From positions 57,081-77,080 of IMG/VR virus record IMGVR_UViG_3300023180_000040: 20,000 nt of DNA; one strand, given 5' to 3'. Shown piece after piece: positions 9,282 through 16,246 of the stretch; the stretch's first letter is position 1, and each line of letters starts with the position of its first letter. The notes under the pieces were generated by a model. That model did not search any database. It worked only from the letters and a program-made list of their open reading frames with translations, and was not told the origin of the DNA. The translations under genes were made by a program, and so were the position numbers. This DNA comes from an uncultured virus (IMG/VR IMGVR_UViG_3300023180_000040). Taxonomy: Duplodnaviria; Heunggongvirae; Uroviricota; Caudoviricetes.

Positions 9282-9431
9282 CTAATCCTCCTTGATTTCA
9301 GGGACGCAGGAACCACAGTAAGGAAGCCCCTCTGTCCAAGTCACAGCCTTAGTTGCTGGATTGACATAAGTAACATCCTTCTCTGGAATGGTGTGTCCAC
9401 ACATGCATTTGATTGTGTCTGTATTGTCCAT
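9282..9431 (-). CDS. 49-aa zinc-ribbon-like protein
   Basis: GAAAGGA RBS; KCMCGH...PYCGSC; first gene after the tRNA-like RNA. Confidence 0.7.
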   Translation of the reverse strand: MDNTDTIKCMCGHTIPEKDVTYVNPATKAVTWTEGLPYCGSCVPEIKED

Positions 9432-9457
9432 ATTATTTCCTTTCTTTGATAAAGCAT

Positions 9458-9555
9458 AGCCCCTAGCGGGAGTCGAACCCGCGATAAACTTCCGCATAAG
9501 CATCACAAGCGTCCTTGTGTGATACCGGCGTCGTTGCCACTAGACCATTAGGGGC
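9458..9555 (-). ncRNA. tRNA-like RNA without a canonical anticodon arm
   Basis: 7-bp acceptor stem GCCCCTA/TAGGGGC; D arm GTC-TAGTGGCAAC-GAC; perfect T arm GCGGG-TTCGACT-CCCGC. The anticodon region is replaced by a long hairpin. No encoded CCA. Confidence 0.8.
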
Positions 9556-9561
9556 ATAAAT

Positions 9562-9589
9562 ATTATAGACGGTTCCACAGTCAAGTCAA
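9562..9589 (-). promoter_or_regulatory. Sigma70/SigA-type promoter of the tRNA-like RNA
   Basis: TTGACT (9589-9584), 16 nt, TATAAT (9567-9562); G9555 is 7 nt downstream. Confidence 0.8.
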
Positions 9590-9679
9590 GTGGTGTCACC
9601 AAATTGGATCTACACCTACCTGCTCACCCGTCACCGACAACCGATTCCTTTAGTTATTATATTTAGTTATATTATGTAG

Positions 9680-9846
9680 CCCGAACAGATCATTATTCGG
9701 GTTGTTATCACATGGGTCGTATTGCAGGTTTATGTCAGGTCTAGATGGACAACCCCCATGCGTGTTGCCCCCTGCTTTCCCCCGTTGCCACGGAGTTCGG
9801 ATTATCTAATTGGTGGCAACCTCTTAGACTCTCCCATAATCCCGCT
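9680..9846 (-). ncRNA. Putative structured RNA downstream of the hammerhead cleavage site
   Basis: ORF-free; stems GTTGCCAC/GTGGCAAC, GCAGG/CCTGC, GGGCAAC/GTTGTCC and CCCGAA/TTCGGG; loop pairing CGCATGGG/CCCATGTG. Confidence 0.5.
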
Positions 9847-9894
9847 GACGCCTCACGGCGTTTCGTCCTCTTTAGGACTCATCAGAGCGGTTAT
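9836..9894 (-). ncRNA. Type I hammerhead ribozyme
   Basis: CCGCT-CTGATGA-GTCCT(AAAG)AGGAC-GAAA-CGCC(GTGA)GGCG-TC^-AGCGG: complete catalytic core and three perfect stems; GUC cleavage between 9847 and 9846. Confidence 0.95.
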
Positions 9895-10063
9895 TGTTTT
9901 CAAGATCATACTGAACCAAGTTAGCAATTTCAAGTGCCCTACGAATCTCACTCTTAAAACCCGGTGTAATAACAATAGTGTCCTCTGGCTGACTGTCCAT
10001 GCAAATAGCATTTAGCCATCCAATAATTTCAGCAAGTTCTTGTGCCTCTTTTAGTGTAATCAT
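9872..10063 (-). CDS. Hypothetical protein whose last codons form the hammerhead core
   Basis: MITLKEAQEL...NNNRSDES*; codons CGC TCT GAT GAG TCC TAA overlap the ribozyme. Confidence 0.6.
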   Translation of the reverse strand: MITLKEAQELAEIIGWLNAICMDSQPEDTIVITPGFKSEIRRALEIANLVQYDLENNNRSDES

Positions 10064-10108
10064 TATATCAACCCACAAACATAGTCGTCTTGATCTGCAT
10101 TATGTTCT

Positions 10109-10525
10109 CTATCCGTAAACGATGTTTCCGAAAGTAGCAACCTGAACAACAACATCAGCAACATCACCATCAGCGTAACCAGAATCGTCGTTAGCAACAG
10201 CCTGACGAAGATACTCAACGAGATAATCCGCAGCCTGAACCTCGTTGTTGAGAATCTTAGAGATTGCCTCTACAACCTTATCTACATTGACCTCATGAAT
10301 AGTGTCTGCCTCGTCAGGCTCACGAAACTTTACTGAATACCAAATCTCATCAAGAATGTCGCTTGCGTTATTACCCTCACGACTAAGATAGTTTGCCCAA
10401 TAGTTTGCGCTGCCGTAATGGGAATCAAAAGCCGTCATAAGAAGATCACTAACCAACTTGTCCGTAACATTTACAGATACAGTTACCTTACCAACAACTG
10501 TCTTATTCATTTCATTCTCTTTCAT
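10109..10525 (-). CDS. Conserved phage hypothetical protein
   Basis: NYWA motif and C-terminal DGDVADVVVQVATFGNIVYG, recognised as a recurrent phage family; start could be 10510. Confidence 0.75.
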   Translation of the reverse strand: MKENEMNKTVVGKVTVSVNVTDKLVSDLLMTAFDSHYGSANYWANYLSREGNNASDILDEIWYSVKFREPDEADTIHEVNVDKVVEAISKILNNEVQAADYLVEYLRQAVANDDSGYADGDVADVVVQVATFGNIVYG

Positions 10526-10538
10526 TAGATTGCTTAGT

Positions 10539-10591
10539 ATTTTACTCGTATACGTTTTGTTGTCAAGACATAAATGTAATGACTTTGTTAG
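10539..10591 (-). promoter_or_regulatory. Boxed early promoter, copy 4
   Basis: CTAAC AAAGTC ATTAC-N9-TTGACA-16 nt (..GAG)-TAAAAT. Confidence 0.8.
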
Positions 10592-10842
10592 TCCTGCGGA
10601 ATGTCCTTAAACCAATCAATCTCAGAAAGAATCTCATGGTTAATAAACCAATCTACAAAAAGAGTTCCGTCCCTATCATTATCATATCCGACATAGCCGT
10701 TATTAACGTATTCCTGCTCGTAGTCGGAGTCATAATATAGTTCCCAGAACTCGTTAGTATCCATATCGTACATCGCGTCTGCTCGCTCCCGAATCCCACA
10801 ACAAATACGCTTGTAATGCTCATCTGAAATAATCTTAGGCAT
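10588..10842 (-). CDS. Hypothetical acidic protein
   Basis: AAGGAGG RBS before ATG 10842 (MPKIISDEHY). Confidence 0.75.
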   Translation of the reverse strand: MPKIISDEHYKRICCGIRERADAMYDMDTNEFWELYYDSDYEQEYVNNGYVGYDNDRDGTLFVDWFINHEILSEIDWFKDIPQD

Positions 10843-11287
10843 TGTCGCCCTCCTTATTACTCTCGTTGTAAACCTTACTAACTGCATCCTCTACTGCATT
10901 CCAAGCGTAAGTTGCTTCGACATAAATACCACCACTCATCAACTGATAAATAATGCCTGTTCCATCAAGGTCATTGTTGTCGCTAAAATAGTAAAAATCG
11001 CTTGTATAATCATCTACATAATCGCTTGCGCGAGGGTTGTTGCTGAACCAATCTAGCACATCTGCACCGTTATTCCAGCCCATATGTTCGCAAAAGTCAA
11101 GCCTTGCATCAAAAAGGTCGTCGTCGGGGTTATTCACAACAGCGTCATGAAGCCAATCACAGGCCATGATGGTAAGCCGACGCTCAAAGCGGTCAAAGTT
11201 GTGCCCATACCATTCCTTACCAACATTATTATCGTCGCTCAACCAGCGGCCAAGTTCATCAGCAATCTCACTCATAGTCTTACTCAC
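10835..11287 (-). CDS. Acidic protein, possible Ocr (T7 gp0.3)-like DNA mimic
   Basis: GGAGG RBS; D-rich and helical; ADVLDWFS and IIYQLMSGGIYVEATYAWNAVEDAV resemble Ocr segments as recalled. Confidence 0.4.
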   Translation of the reverse strand: MSKTMSEIADELGRWLSDDNNVGKEWYGHNFDRFERRLTIMACDWLHDAVVNNPDDDLFDARLDFCEHMGWNNGADVLDWFSNNPRASDYVDDYTSDFYYFSDNNDLDGTGIIYQLMSGGIYVEATYAWNAVEDAVSKVYNESNKEGDNA

Positions 11288-11628
11288 TTGCTGCCTCCAA
11301 AAATCTTAGTGAGGTTGTCGCTGTATGCACAAAGAGGCTCAACCCTATCACGGTCAAAAGTGCCGCCCGTACCAAGAAAAGGGTCGGTGCAAAGGTCAAT
11401 ATACTCATCGTCTGCTTCATCTTCCGGCCATACATACTCAATAGTAGCGGTCTTATCATCACACTCAGTAACAACGTAGTGAGCCTTAGTGTCAGCAACA
11501 ACAATGCTGAAAATCTTACCCGGCCCAAACTCGTTCATGTTGGCTGCATTGTTGAAAAGAACACGCAGGTAATCGTGATAGCGGTCGTATGCTGCATTCG
11601 TCTTTGCAAGGTAATCTTCAATACTCAT
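11284..11628 (-). CDS. Hypothetical acidic protein
   Basis: GGAGG RBS before ATG 11628. Confidence 0.75.
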   Translation of the reverse strand: MSIEDYLAKTNAAYDRYHDYLRVLFNNAANMNEFGPGKIFSIVVADTKAHYVVTECDDKTATIEYVWPEDEADDEYIDLCTDPFLGTGGTFDRDRVEPLCAYSDNLTKIFGGSK

Positions 11629-11629
11629 A

Positions 11630-12115
11630 TTATCCCTCCAAACTCCTACGGATATTGTAAAGGTCAAATCGTGCGGATTCTACTGTCTCAGGGTCGTCGC
11701 TGTCAAGGCTTGACTTGTAAAGATTATTGTAATAGTCCATAATCGTGTCAATGCAAGCAGCCTTTACATCCTCATACCAACCGTGAGCATAGCATCCTGT
11801 CCCATCCCAAATGTGTGGGCCAAAGATGTATTCCTCTGCATCAAAGAACATATCCCTCATGGTGTAAGAGTAATCACACTCAAAATCAAGGATAGCCTTA
11901 CCCAACTTCTGCCCAACATAAATAGCATCATTGTAGTCAGGATAAGCGACGATTCCATAAACCATTCCGTCAATCGGGTCAGTAAAAGGATACCAAGTGA
12001 TACCGGCGTCCCAATGCAGGTAATCATCAAGGTGACTGTAAACCTTTGACATAAAGCGTGCCTTGTCTCCCGGCTTCCACTCCTGACCATAAATGTCAAT
12101 GCCTTCATAAAACAT
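11630..12115 (-). CDS. Hypothetical aromatic/acidic protein
   Basis: 161-aa ORF with GAAGG RBS. Confidence 0.75.
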   Translation of the reverse strand: MFYEGIDIYGQEWKPGDKARFMSKVYSHLDDYLHWDAGITWYPFTDPIDGMVYGIVAYPDYNDAIYVGQKLGKAILDFECDYSYTMRDMFFDAEEYIFGPHIWDGTGCYAHGWYEDVKAACIDTIMDYYNNLYKSSLDSDDPETVESARFDLYNIRRSLEG

Positions 12116-12117
12116 TT

Positions 12118-12348
12118 CTAGACCTTCTTGTTCGACAGGATGTTGTGAACCGCCTCGTCAATAAGCGGGCCAATCTGCTTGTAAAGAGTGTCAATAATTT
12201 TCTGCGCGTTTTCAATATCCTTCTCGTCGTCAGGGTCGTGGATGCCGCTGTCCTCAATCTCGTCAATGCGCCAACGGAGAAGCGTCAGCAGAAAATCATA
12301 CTCGTTCAGCGTAAGAACAACCGCTGCCTTTGAGTTCCAATCAGTCAT
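12118..12348 (-). CDS. Hypothetical protein
   Basis: GGAGG RBS; TAATG coupling (MTDWNSK). Confidence 0.7.
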   Translation of the reverse strand: MTDWNSKAAVVLTLNEYDFLLTLLRWRIDEIEDSGIHDPDDEKDIENAQKIIDTLYKQIGPLIDEAVHNILSNKKV

Positions 12349-12656
12349 TACAGTACCTCCATCATCACAAACTCGTACAGGTTCCAAGCGTTCGGGAGAC
12401 TCTGAACAGGAATACTCTCGTCGTCCTCCGTCCACGCCTTGACCACGTTACCATCAGCATCCGTGATAGTCAAGTCGAAATAGTCCCAAAAGTTATTGAC
12501 GATAGTAAACGTAAGTCCCTTATCAGTCTGGAAGCGAACACCACCACGCTTCTCGTCTACATCTACCATACTGTCCTCGTCAATGCCAAGTGCAGGGCGG
12601 ATAAGAACGGGGATACAGTCAATAATCTGCTTTGCAACGGGTGAAATATTAGACAT
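12348..12656 (-). CDS. Hypothetical protein
   Basis: GAAGGTG RBS (MSNISPVAK). Confidence 0.7.
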   Translation of the reverse strand: MSNISPVAKQIIDCIPVLIRPALGIDEDSMVDVDEKRGGVRFQTDKGLTFTIVNNFWDYFDLTITDADGNVVKAWTEDDESIPVQSLPNAWNLYEFVMMEVL

Positions 12657-12825
12657 TACCAATCACCTTCCAATCCTCGTAGATTCCAACAATCTCGCTG
12701 TAAATATTGAACGGCTCATCGCGCTTATGTCCCTCGTCGTCCCTGTAACCGCAATCATCGTTGCTGCCTACATCACAGGAAAGATAACAAGCGCGTCCAT
12801 CGAAATAATAATCAGGCTCCAACAT
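12649..12825 (-). CDS. Small acidic hypothetical protein
   Basis: GGGAGG RBS (MLEPDYYFDG). Confidence 0.65.
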   Translation of the reverse strand: MLEPDYYFDGRACYLSCDVGSNDDCGYRDDEGHKRDEPFNIYSEIVGIYEDWKVIGNV

Positions 12826-13186
12826 GATTACCTCCCGCTCGTACCCACGACATTTCCTCCAACTCATGCTTGTAAGAGTAGTCGTTGTCGTACTTGGTTG
12901 CAAGGGTAGCAAGGATGTTTGTTCCCAACTTTACCAAATCTTCACGATTGGTAGAAACATCGTTGAGCGTACAATAAGACGCATCCTCTAGTGCAACTTC
13001 ACCATTCTTGTCGTCCACCAAGACAATGGTGAAGCGGAGAAGCGGAGAGTCCTCGTCGTCATTAGGGTCAAAGTCTCCACAATAACCCTCATCCATAAAC
13101 TCCCAATAGAGCCGATAAACATTAGTGGAGGTATCGAAATCCACGATAACATCCTCGTACTGCTCAATAGCCTGAGTCCAATCCAT
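12812..13186 (-). CDS. Hypothetical acidic phage protein
   Basis: TAATG coupling; DEGYCGDFDPNDDEDSPLLRF...DASYCT motif. Confidence 0.75.
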   Translation of the reverse strand: MDWTQAIEQYEDVIVDFDTSTNVYRLYWEFMDEGYCGDFDPNDDEDSPLLRFTIVLVDDKNGEVALEDASYCTLNDVSTNREDLVKLGTNILATLATKYDNDYSYKHELEEMSWVRAGGNHVGA

Positions 13187-13509
13187 TATTCCATCCCCTC
13201 AAACTGAATGGACAGGTAAATCTCATGGCGCGTACCGTTCTCCGTGTCATAAATAGCGACAGGACGCCATTCAGTATCCCACATAGCCTCCTGAATAGCC
13301 CACTCAACGGCGTCAAGAGAGCGATGCATAGACAGGTAAACTTCACGCTCCCCCGGCTTACGCTCTACAAGAAGCCACGGCCTGTCTTGCTGGCACCGGA
13401 GGTCAAGAAGAACATCTGCCTCTGGGTATGAAATGTAATTACCATTGTCCTCAATCTCTTGGAGAACGCCAAGAATAACCTCGTTAGTCAGTTCTGGAAT
13501 AGTAGTCAT
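13186..13509 (-). CDS. Hypothetical acidic protein
   Basis: AAAGGA RBS. Confidence 0.75.
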   Translation of the reverse strand: MTTIPELTNEVILGVLQEIEDNGNYISYPEADVLLDLRCQQDRPWLLVERKPGEREVYLSMHRSLDAVEWAIQEAMWDTEWRPVAIYDTENGTRHEIYLSIQFEGME

Positions 13510-13521
13510 TATTGTTCCTTT

Positions 13522-13728
13522 CTAGCCGAGAGTAACGATGTGTGAATGCTTGTTGAGCCTGACATACTTCATAAGAATCTTATAGACCTCGCGCTCGCTA
13601 GGGTCGTCCTCCAAAATCTCACGGTCCTCGTCAGAAAGCATACCACGCTGGACAATGAGCATACCATCGCTTGCACAACCACCCCAACTACCTGTATCAA
13701 GGTCCATCCAAATAAGGTCAGTATCCAT
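13522..13728 (-). CDS. Hypothetical protein
   Basis: GGGAG RBS before ATG 13728. Confidence 0.7.
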   Translation of the reverse strand: MDTDLIWMDLDTGSWGGCASDGMLIVQRGMLSDEDREILEDDPSEREVYKILMKYVRLNKHSHIVTLG

Positions 13729-13730
13729 GT

Positions 13731-13883
13731 TCACTCCCATCCACTTACACGCGCACGCTGCTTGTCCTTGCGGCGCTTTGTCTTGTTGGACTCTACACCA
13801 TGAATGCGAGAATGCATAACGTCAAACCGCTGACCGTTGGTGCGAGTCTCCTGACGAAACTTCTTGCGCTGCTTGTTAGTCAT
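13731..13883 (-). CDS. 50-aa highly basic protein (not in ORF track)
   Basis: MTNKQRKKFRQETRTNGQRFDVMHSRIHGVESNKTKRRKDKQRARVSGWE; GAGG RBS; fills the gap exactly. Confidence 0.7.
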   Translation of the reverse strand: MTNKQRKKFRQETRTNGQRFDVMHSRIHGVESNKTKRRKDKQRARVSGWE

Positions 13884-13885
13884 TA

Positions 13886-14245
13886 TCAGTCCTCTTCATC
13901 CTCATACCACTCGTCATCCTCGTTGATAAACTCAATGGTAATGCTCTTGACACGGACTCCCCAACTACCACAGTCCTCGTACTCAATATACACAGGGTAC
14001 ATACCGTCCCCGTAGCCGCTGCTGCTGCACACAGCATCATCCATGTTACCACCATGCGTAGAGAAGGGACCGGCCATTTCGCCACCCATGCTAGCAGCGC
14101 AGGCACGGCTGTAAGGGTTATCGCTAGTCACAGTCTTGTTGTCCTCTGCAAAACGAACGTCACCATCAAGGACATAGCAAGGGTCCACAATCATAATCTG
14201 GCCGGAATCAACCGGCACGCGACCGATAAGCGTCTTGGTAATCAT
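13886..14245 (-). CDS. DUF4241-like protein
   Basis: VDSGQIMIVDPCY and SSGYGDGMYPVY motifs; AGGAGG RBS before ATG 14245. Confidence 0.75.
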   Translation of the reverse strand: MITKTLIGRVPVDSGQIMIVDPCYVLDGDVRFAEDNKTVTSDNPYSRACAASMGGEMAGPFSTHGGNMDDAVCSSSGYGDGMYPVYIEYEDCGSWGVRVKSITIEFINEDDEWYEDEED

Positions 14246-14255
14246 TACAATCCTC

Positions 14256-14420
14256 CTAGTCGAACTCGCAAATCTCAAGGATAGTGAAGCCCAAAGCCTC
14301 AAGCGCGGCCTTCACCTTTTCGCCCTGCGCCTCCGCGTCGTCAAGGGCAGCGGAGAAACTGTCAGCCTCTACATCGAAGATATGGTTAGCGGTAATCTCG
14401 AAAGAATAAGTCTCACTCAC
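14256..14420 (-). CDS. Small acidic hypothetical protein
   Basis: AGGAGG 6 nt before GTG 14420. Confidence 0.7.
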   Translation of the reverse strand: MSETYSFEITANHIFDVEADSFSAALDDAEAQGEKVKAALEALGFTILEICEFD

Positions 14421-14430
14421 GGTAATCCTC

Positions 14431-14721
14431 CTAGCGTCCGAGCAGGCGGTCAAGCCAACTCTTGTTCGTCTTTGCGCGATGCTCGTCCTCCAACATCGAA
14501 ACAACATGCATCAGGGACTCAACCTCGCCCTCCAACTCGCAAACCCTCTCGTTCATGGCGGCAATCTCAACGCCCATGTGGTAAGTCTCAGCCTCTACCG
14601 CGCTCTCCACGGTATCACGGATGTAACGCTCCGCGTACTCGCGGCCAATCTCATTAGCCTCCATGATGCGCTCCATAATCGGCTCCACAACCATCTTATA
14701 CATCGGGTCACTCATGTTCAC
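14431..14721 (-). CDS. Hypothetical coiled-coil protein
   Basis: AAGGAG RBS; C-terminal amphipathic KSWLDRLLGR. Confidence 0.75.
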   Translation of the reverse strand: MNMSDPMYKMVVEPIMERIMEANEIGREYAERYIRDTVESAVEAETYHMGVEIAAMNERVCELEGEVESLMHVVSMLEDEHRAKTNKSWLDRLLGR

Positions 14722-14749
14722 GTTGCACTCCTTGTTTGTGTTGTCCTGA

Positions 14750-14803
14750 ACTCTACTCTCTTGTCCACCCTTGTCAAGAGAGTGGATGTAAAGAAAGTGT
14801 TAG
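14750..14803 (-). promoter_or_regulatory. Boxed early promoter, copy 3
   Basis: CTAAC ACTTTC TTTAC-N10-TTGACA-16 nt (..GAG)-TAGAGT. Confidence 0.8.
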
Positions 14804-15360
14804 TAAATCGTGTTGCCCTCGTATTCCTCATACATCTCAACATATCCCTCAAATCCAACCGACTCTGCGGCCTCCGCGAATTCAAGGTCATACAAATCTT
14901 CCATATCGTCAATATAGATGCCGACGCTGGAATCACCGCTTGCCTCTCCAACATACCCCCCGCCAGCCTCACAGTATGCCAGCGTGAATGAAAGACCATC
15001 CATAAGGTCATTGTTATTCATTACCACATGCTCCATCCACTCAACAGGCGGGGACCATGCGGAGTCAAAGCGATAGGTGACAGTCTTGGTTCCATCACTA
15101 ACGCTTTCGTGTGAAATAACATCACACACATCCCACTTAGTACCCCAATGCTTCACATGCCAGCGGTATTCCTCGTCGGACATAGTGGGAATGGACACTC
15201 CATTGTGAGTAAGAACCTCGCCACGCTTCACATCGTCGGGGAGAGGATACAGCGTTGAAAGAGACAGGGGAGAGTCGTCAGTCTTGACAACCTCAATGAA
15301 CTTATCCACAGCCTCCACAGGACCGCTTACAGTAAGAATGTTCTGACACCAATTAGGCAT
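14800..15360 (-). CDS. YubB/DUF1281-like ferredoxin-fold protein
   Basis: MPNWCQN, WHVKHWGTKWD, FDSAWSPP and YCEAG motifs; GGGAGG RBS before ATG 15360. Confidence 0.85.
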   Translation of the reverse strand: MPNWCQNILTVSGPVEAVDKFIEVVKTDDSPLSLSTLYPLPDDVKRGEVLTHNGVSIPTMSDEEYRWHVKHWGTKWDVCDVISHESVSDGTKTVTYRFDSAWSPPVEWMEHVVMNNNDLMDGLSFTLAYCEAGGGYVGEASGDSSVGIYIDDMEDLYDLEFAEAAESVGFEGYVEMYEEYEGNTIY

Positions 15361-15364
15361 TACT

Positions 15365-15583
15365 CTACCTCCCGTACTGAATGTTGCGTGCCTCAAAGCA
15401 CTTGGAACGGAAATCATCCTTGTCAAACTTATTGAGCGGGGACGAGGAACGAATCTCGTCAATAATAGCATCTACAATCTCGTCCACAATCAGGGACGGA
15501 TACTGCTGCTCATCGTCCCACTCAACCGAATAATCCTTATCCACCGCGTTGATTGCCCTTGCAATGATGTTCTCGTCAATCAT
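15365..15583 (-). CDS. Hypothetical protein
   Basis: GAGGAGG RBS. Confidence 0.7.
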   Translation of the reverse strand: MIDENIIARAINAVDKDYSVEWDDEQQYPSLIVDEIVDAIIDEIRSSSPLNKFDKDDFRSKCFEARNIQYGR

Positions 15584-15585
15584 TA

Positions 15586-15780
15586 TTACATGACCTCCTC
15601 AGTAGTCCACTCAAAGCCAGCCCACCCTGCGGCCTCATCGCTATCCAGCAGGCCAGCCACGCCAGCCACGCCGGGGATACGCTCCATCCACTTCTGCGCC
15701 CACTCTACGGCATCCTCATGGAGCAGGAAAGGCCCAATGACGTTGGTGTGAGTGTTGGTAATGGTAACAACTACAAACAT
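15586..15780 (-). CDS. Hypothetical protein
   Basis: GGGAGG RBS before ATG 15780 (MFVVVT). Confidence 0.7.
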   Translation of the reverse strand: MFVVVTITNTHTNVIGPFLLHEDAVEWAQKWMERIPGVAGVAGLLDSDEAAGWAGFEWTTEEVM

Positions 15781-15781
15781 G

Positions 15782-16018
15782 CTAGTCCTCCCAATCGTAG
15801 AACTCAATAGAGTCATTCACAGGCTGCGGGTTGCTTACACGCAGGAAAGAAAGAATCTCCCATGCCTCGCTCTCGTCGTCAGTATAGAACGATACATCAC
15901 GAATACCAAACCCTGCGCCGGAATCGTGTGCCACTCCAAAGGATTCCGTAACTTCCTCAATCACCTTCTGTACGGCCTCCATCTGACCAAGCGGGTACTC
16001 AGCAATAACGTAATACAT
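15782..16018 (-). CDS. Hypothetical acidic protein
   Basis: GAGGGAG RBS (MYYVIAEY; alternative GTG start at 16027). Confidence 0.7.
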   Translation of the reverse strand: MYYVIAEYPLGQMEAVQKVIEEVTESFGVAHDSGAGFGIRDVSFYTDDESEAWEILSFLRVSNPQPVNDSIEFYDWED

Positions 16019-16019
16019 T

Positions 16020-16229
16020 CTAGTCACTCTCCCTCGTTACATGCCCTTGCGGTAAGTCCTTAGTCCAAATCGCGGCATAAACTTCTCCATCCGTGTCAAT
16101 AAGATAATACCACCCGTCCTCGTCTTGCACAAGGAGATTACCGTCCGGGGTCATACCAATCTCATAGACCGGCTCGGCCCCATCAACAGCGTTGAGTCGG
16201 TAAAGTGCCTTCTCCTGATACTCATTCAT
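16020..16229 (-). CDS. Hypothetical acidic protein
   Basis: Start preceded by GGGGAAACGACTG motif. Confidence 0.7.
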   Translation of the reverse strand: MNEYQEKALYRLNAVDGAEPVYEIGMTPDGNLLVQDEDGWYYLIDTDGEVYAAIWTKDLPQGHVTRESD

Positions 16230-16246
16230 CAGTCGTTTCCCCTATC

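Noticed and set aside
9432..9506. N-terminal extension of ORF 9282..9506
   Set aside because: Runs through the tRNA-like T arm; the RBS supports a start at 9431.
9458..9555. Canonical or intron-containing tRNA (e.g. Val-CAC), or an attP remnant
   Set aside because: No 5-bp stem with a 7-nt loop can be formed, and removing a 37/38 intron leaves CCGGT/TGCGG mismatched. Both halves and a promoter are present and there is no integrase in the window, so attP is unsupported.
9596..9640. 14-codon TTG-start ORF with an AAAGGA RBS after an ATAACTAAA duplication
   Set aside because: Too short to support from sequence alone; not excluded.
9700..9846. HDV-like (theta), pistol or twister ribozyme, or cobalamin riboswitch
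   Set aside because: Nested pairings exist, but I could not place the P3/L3 and catalytic C of HDV, or the conserved cores of the other classes.
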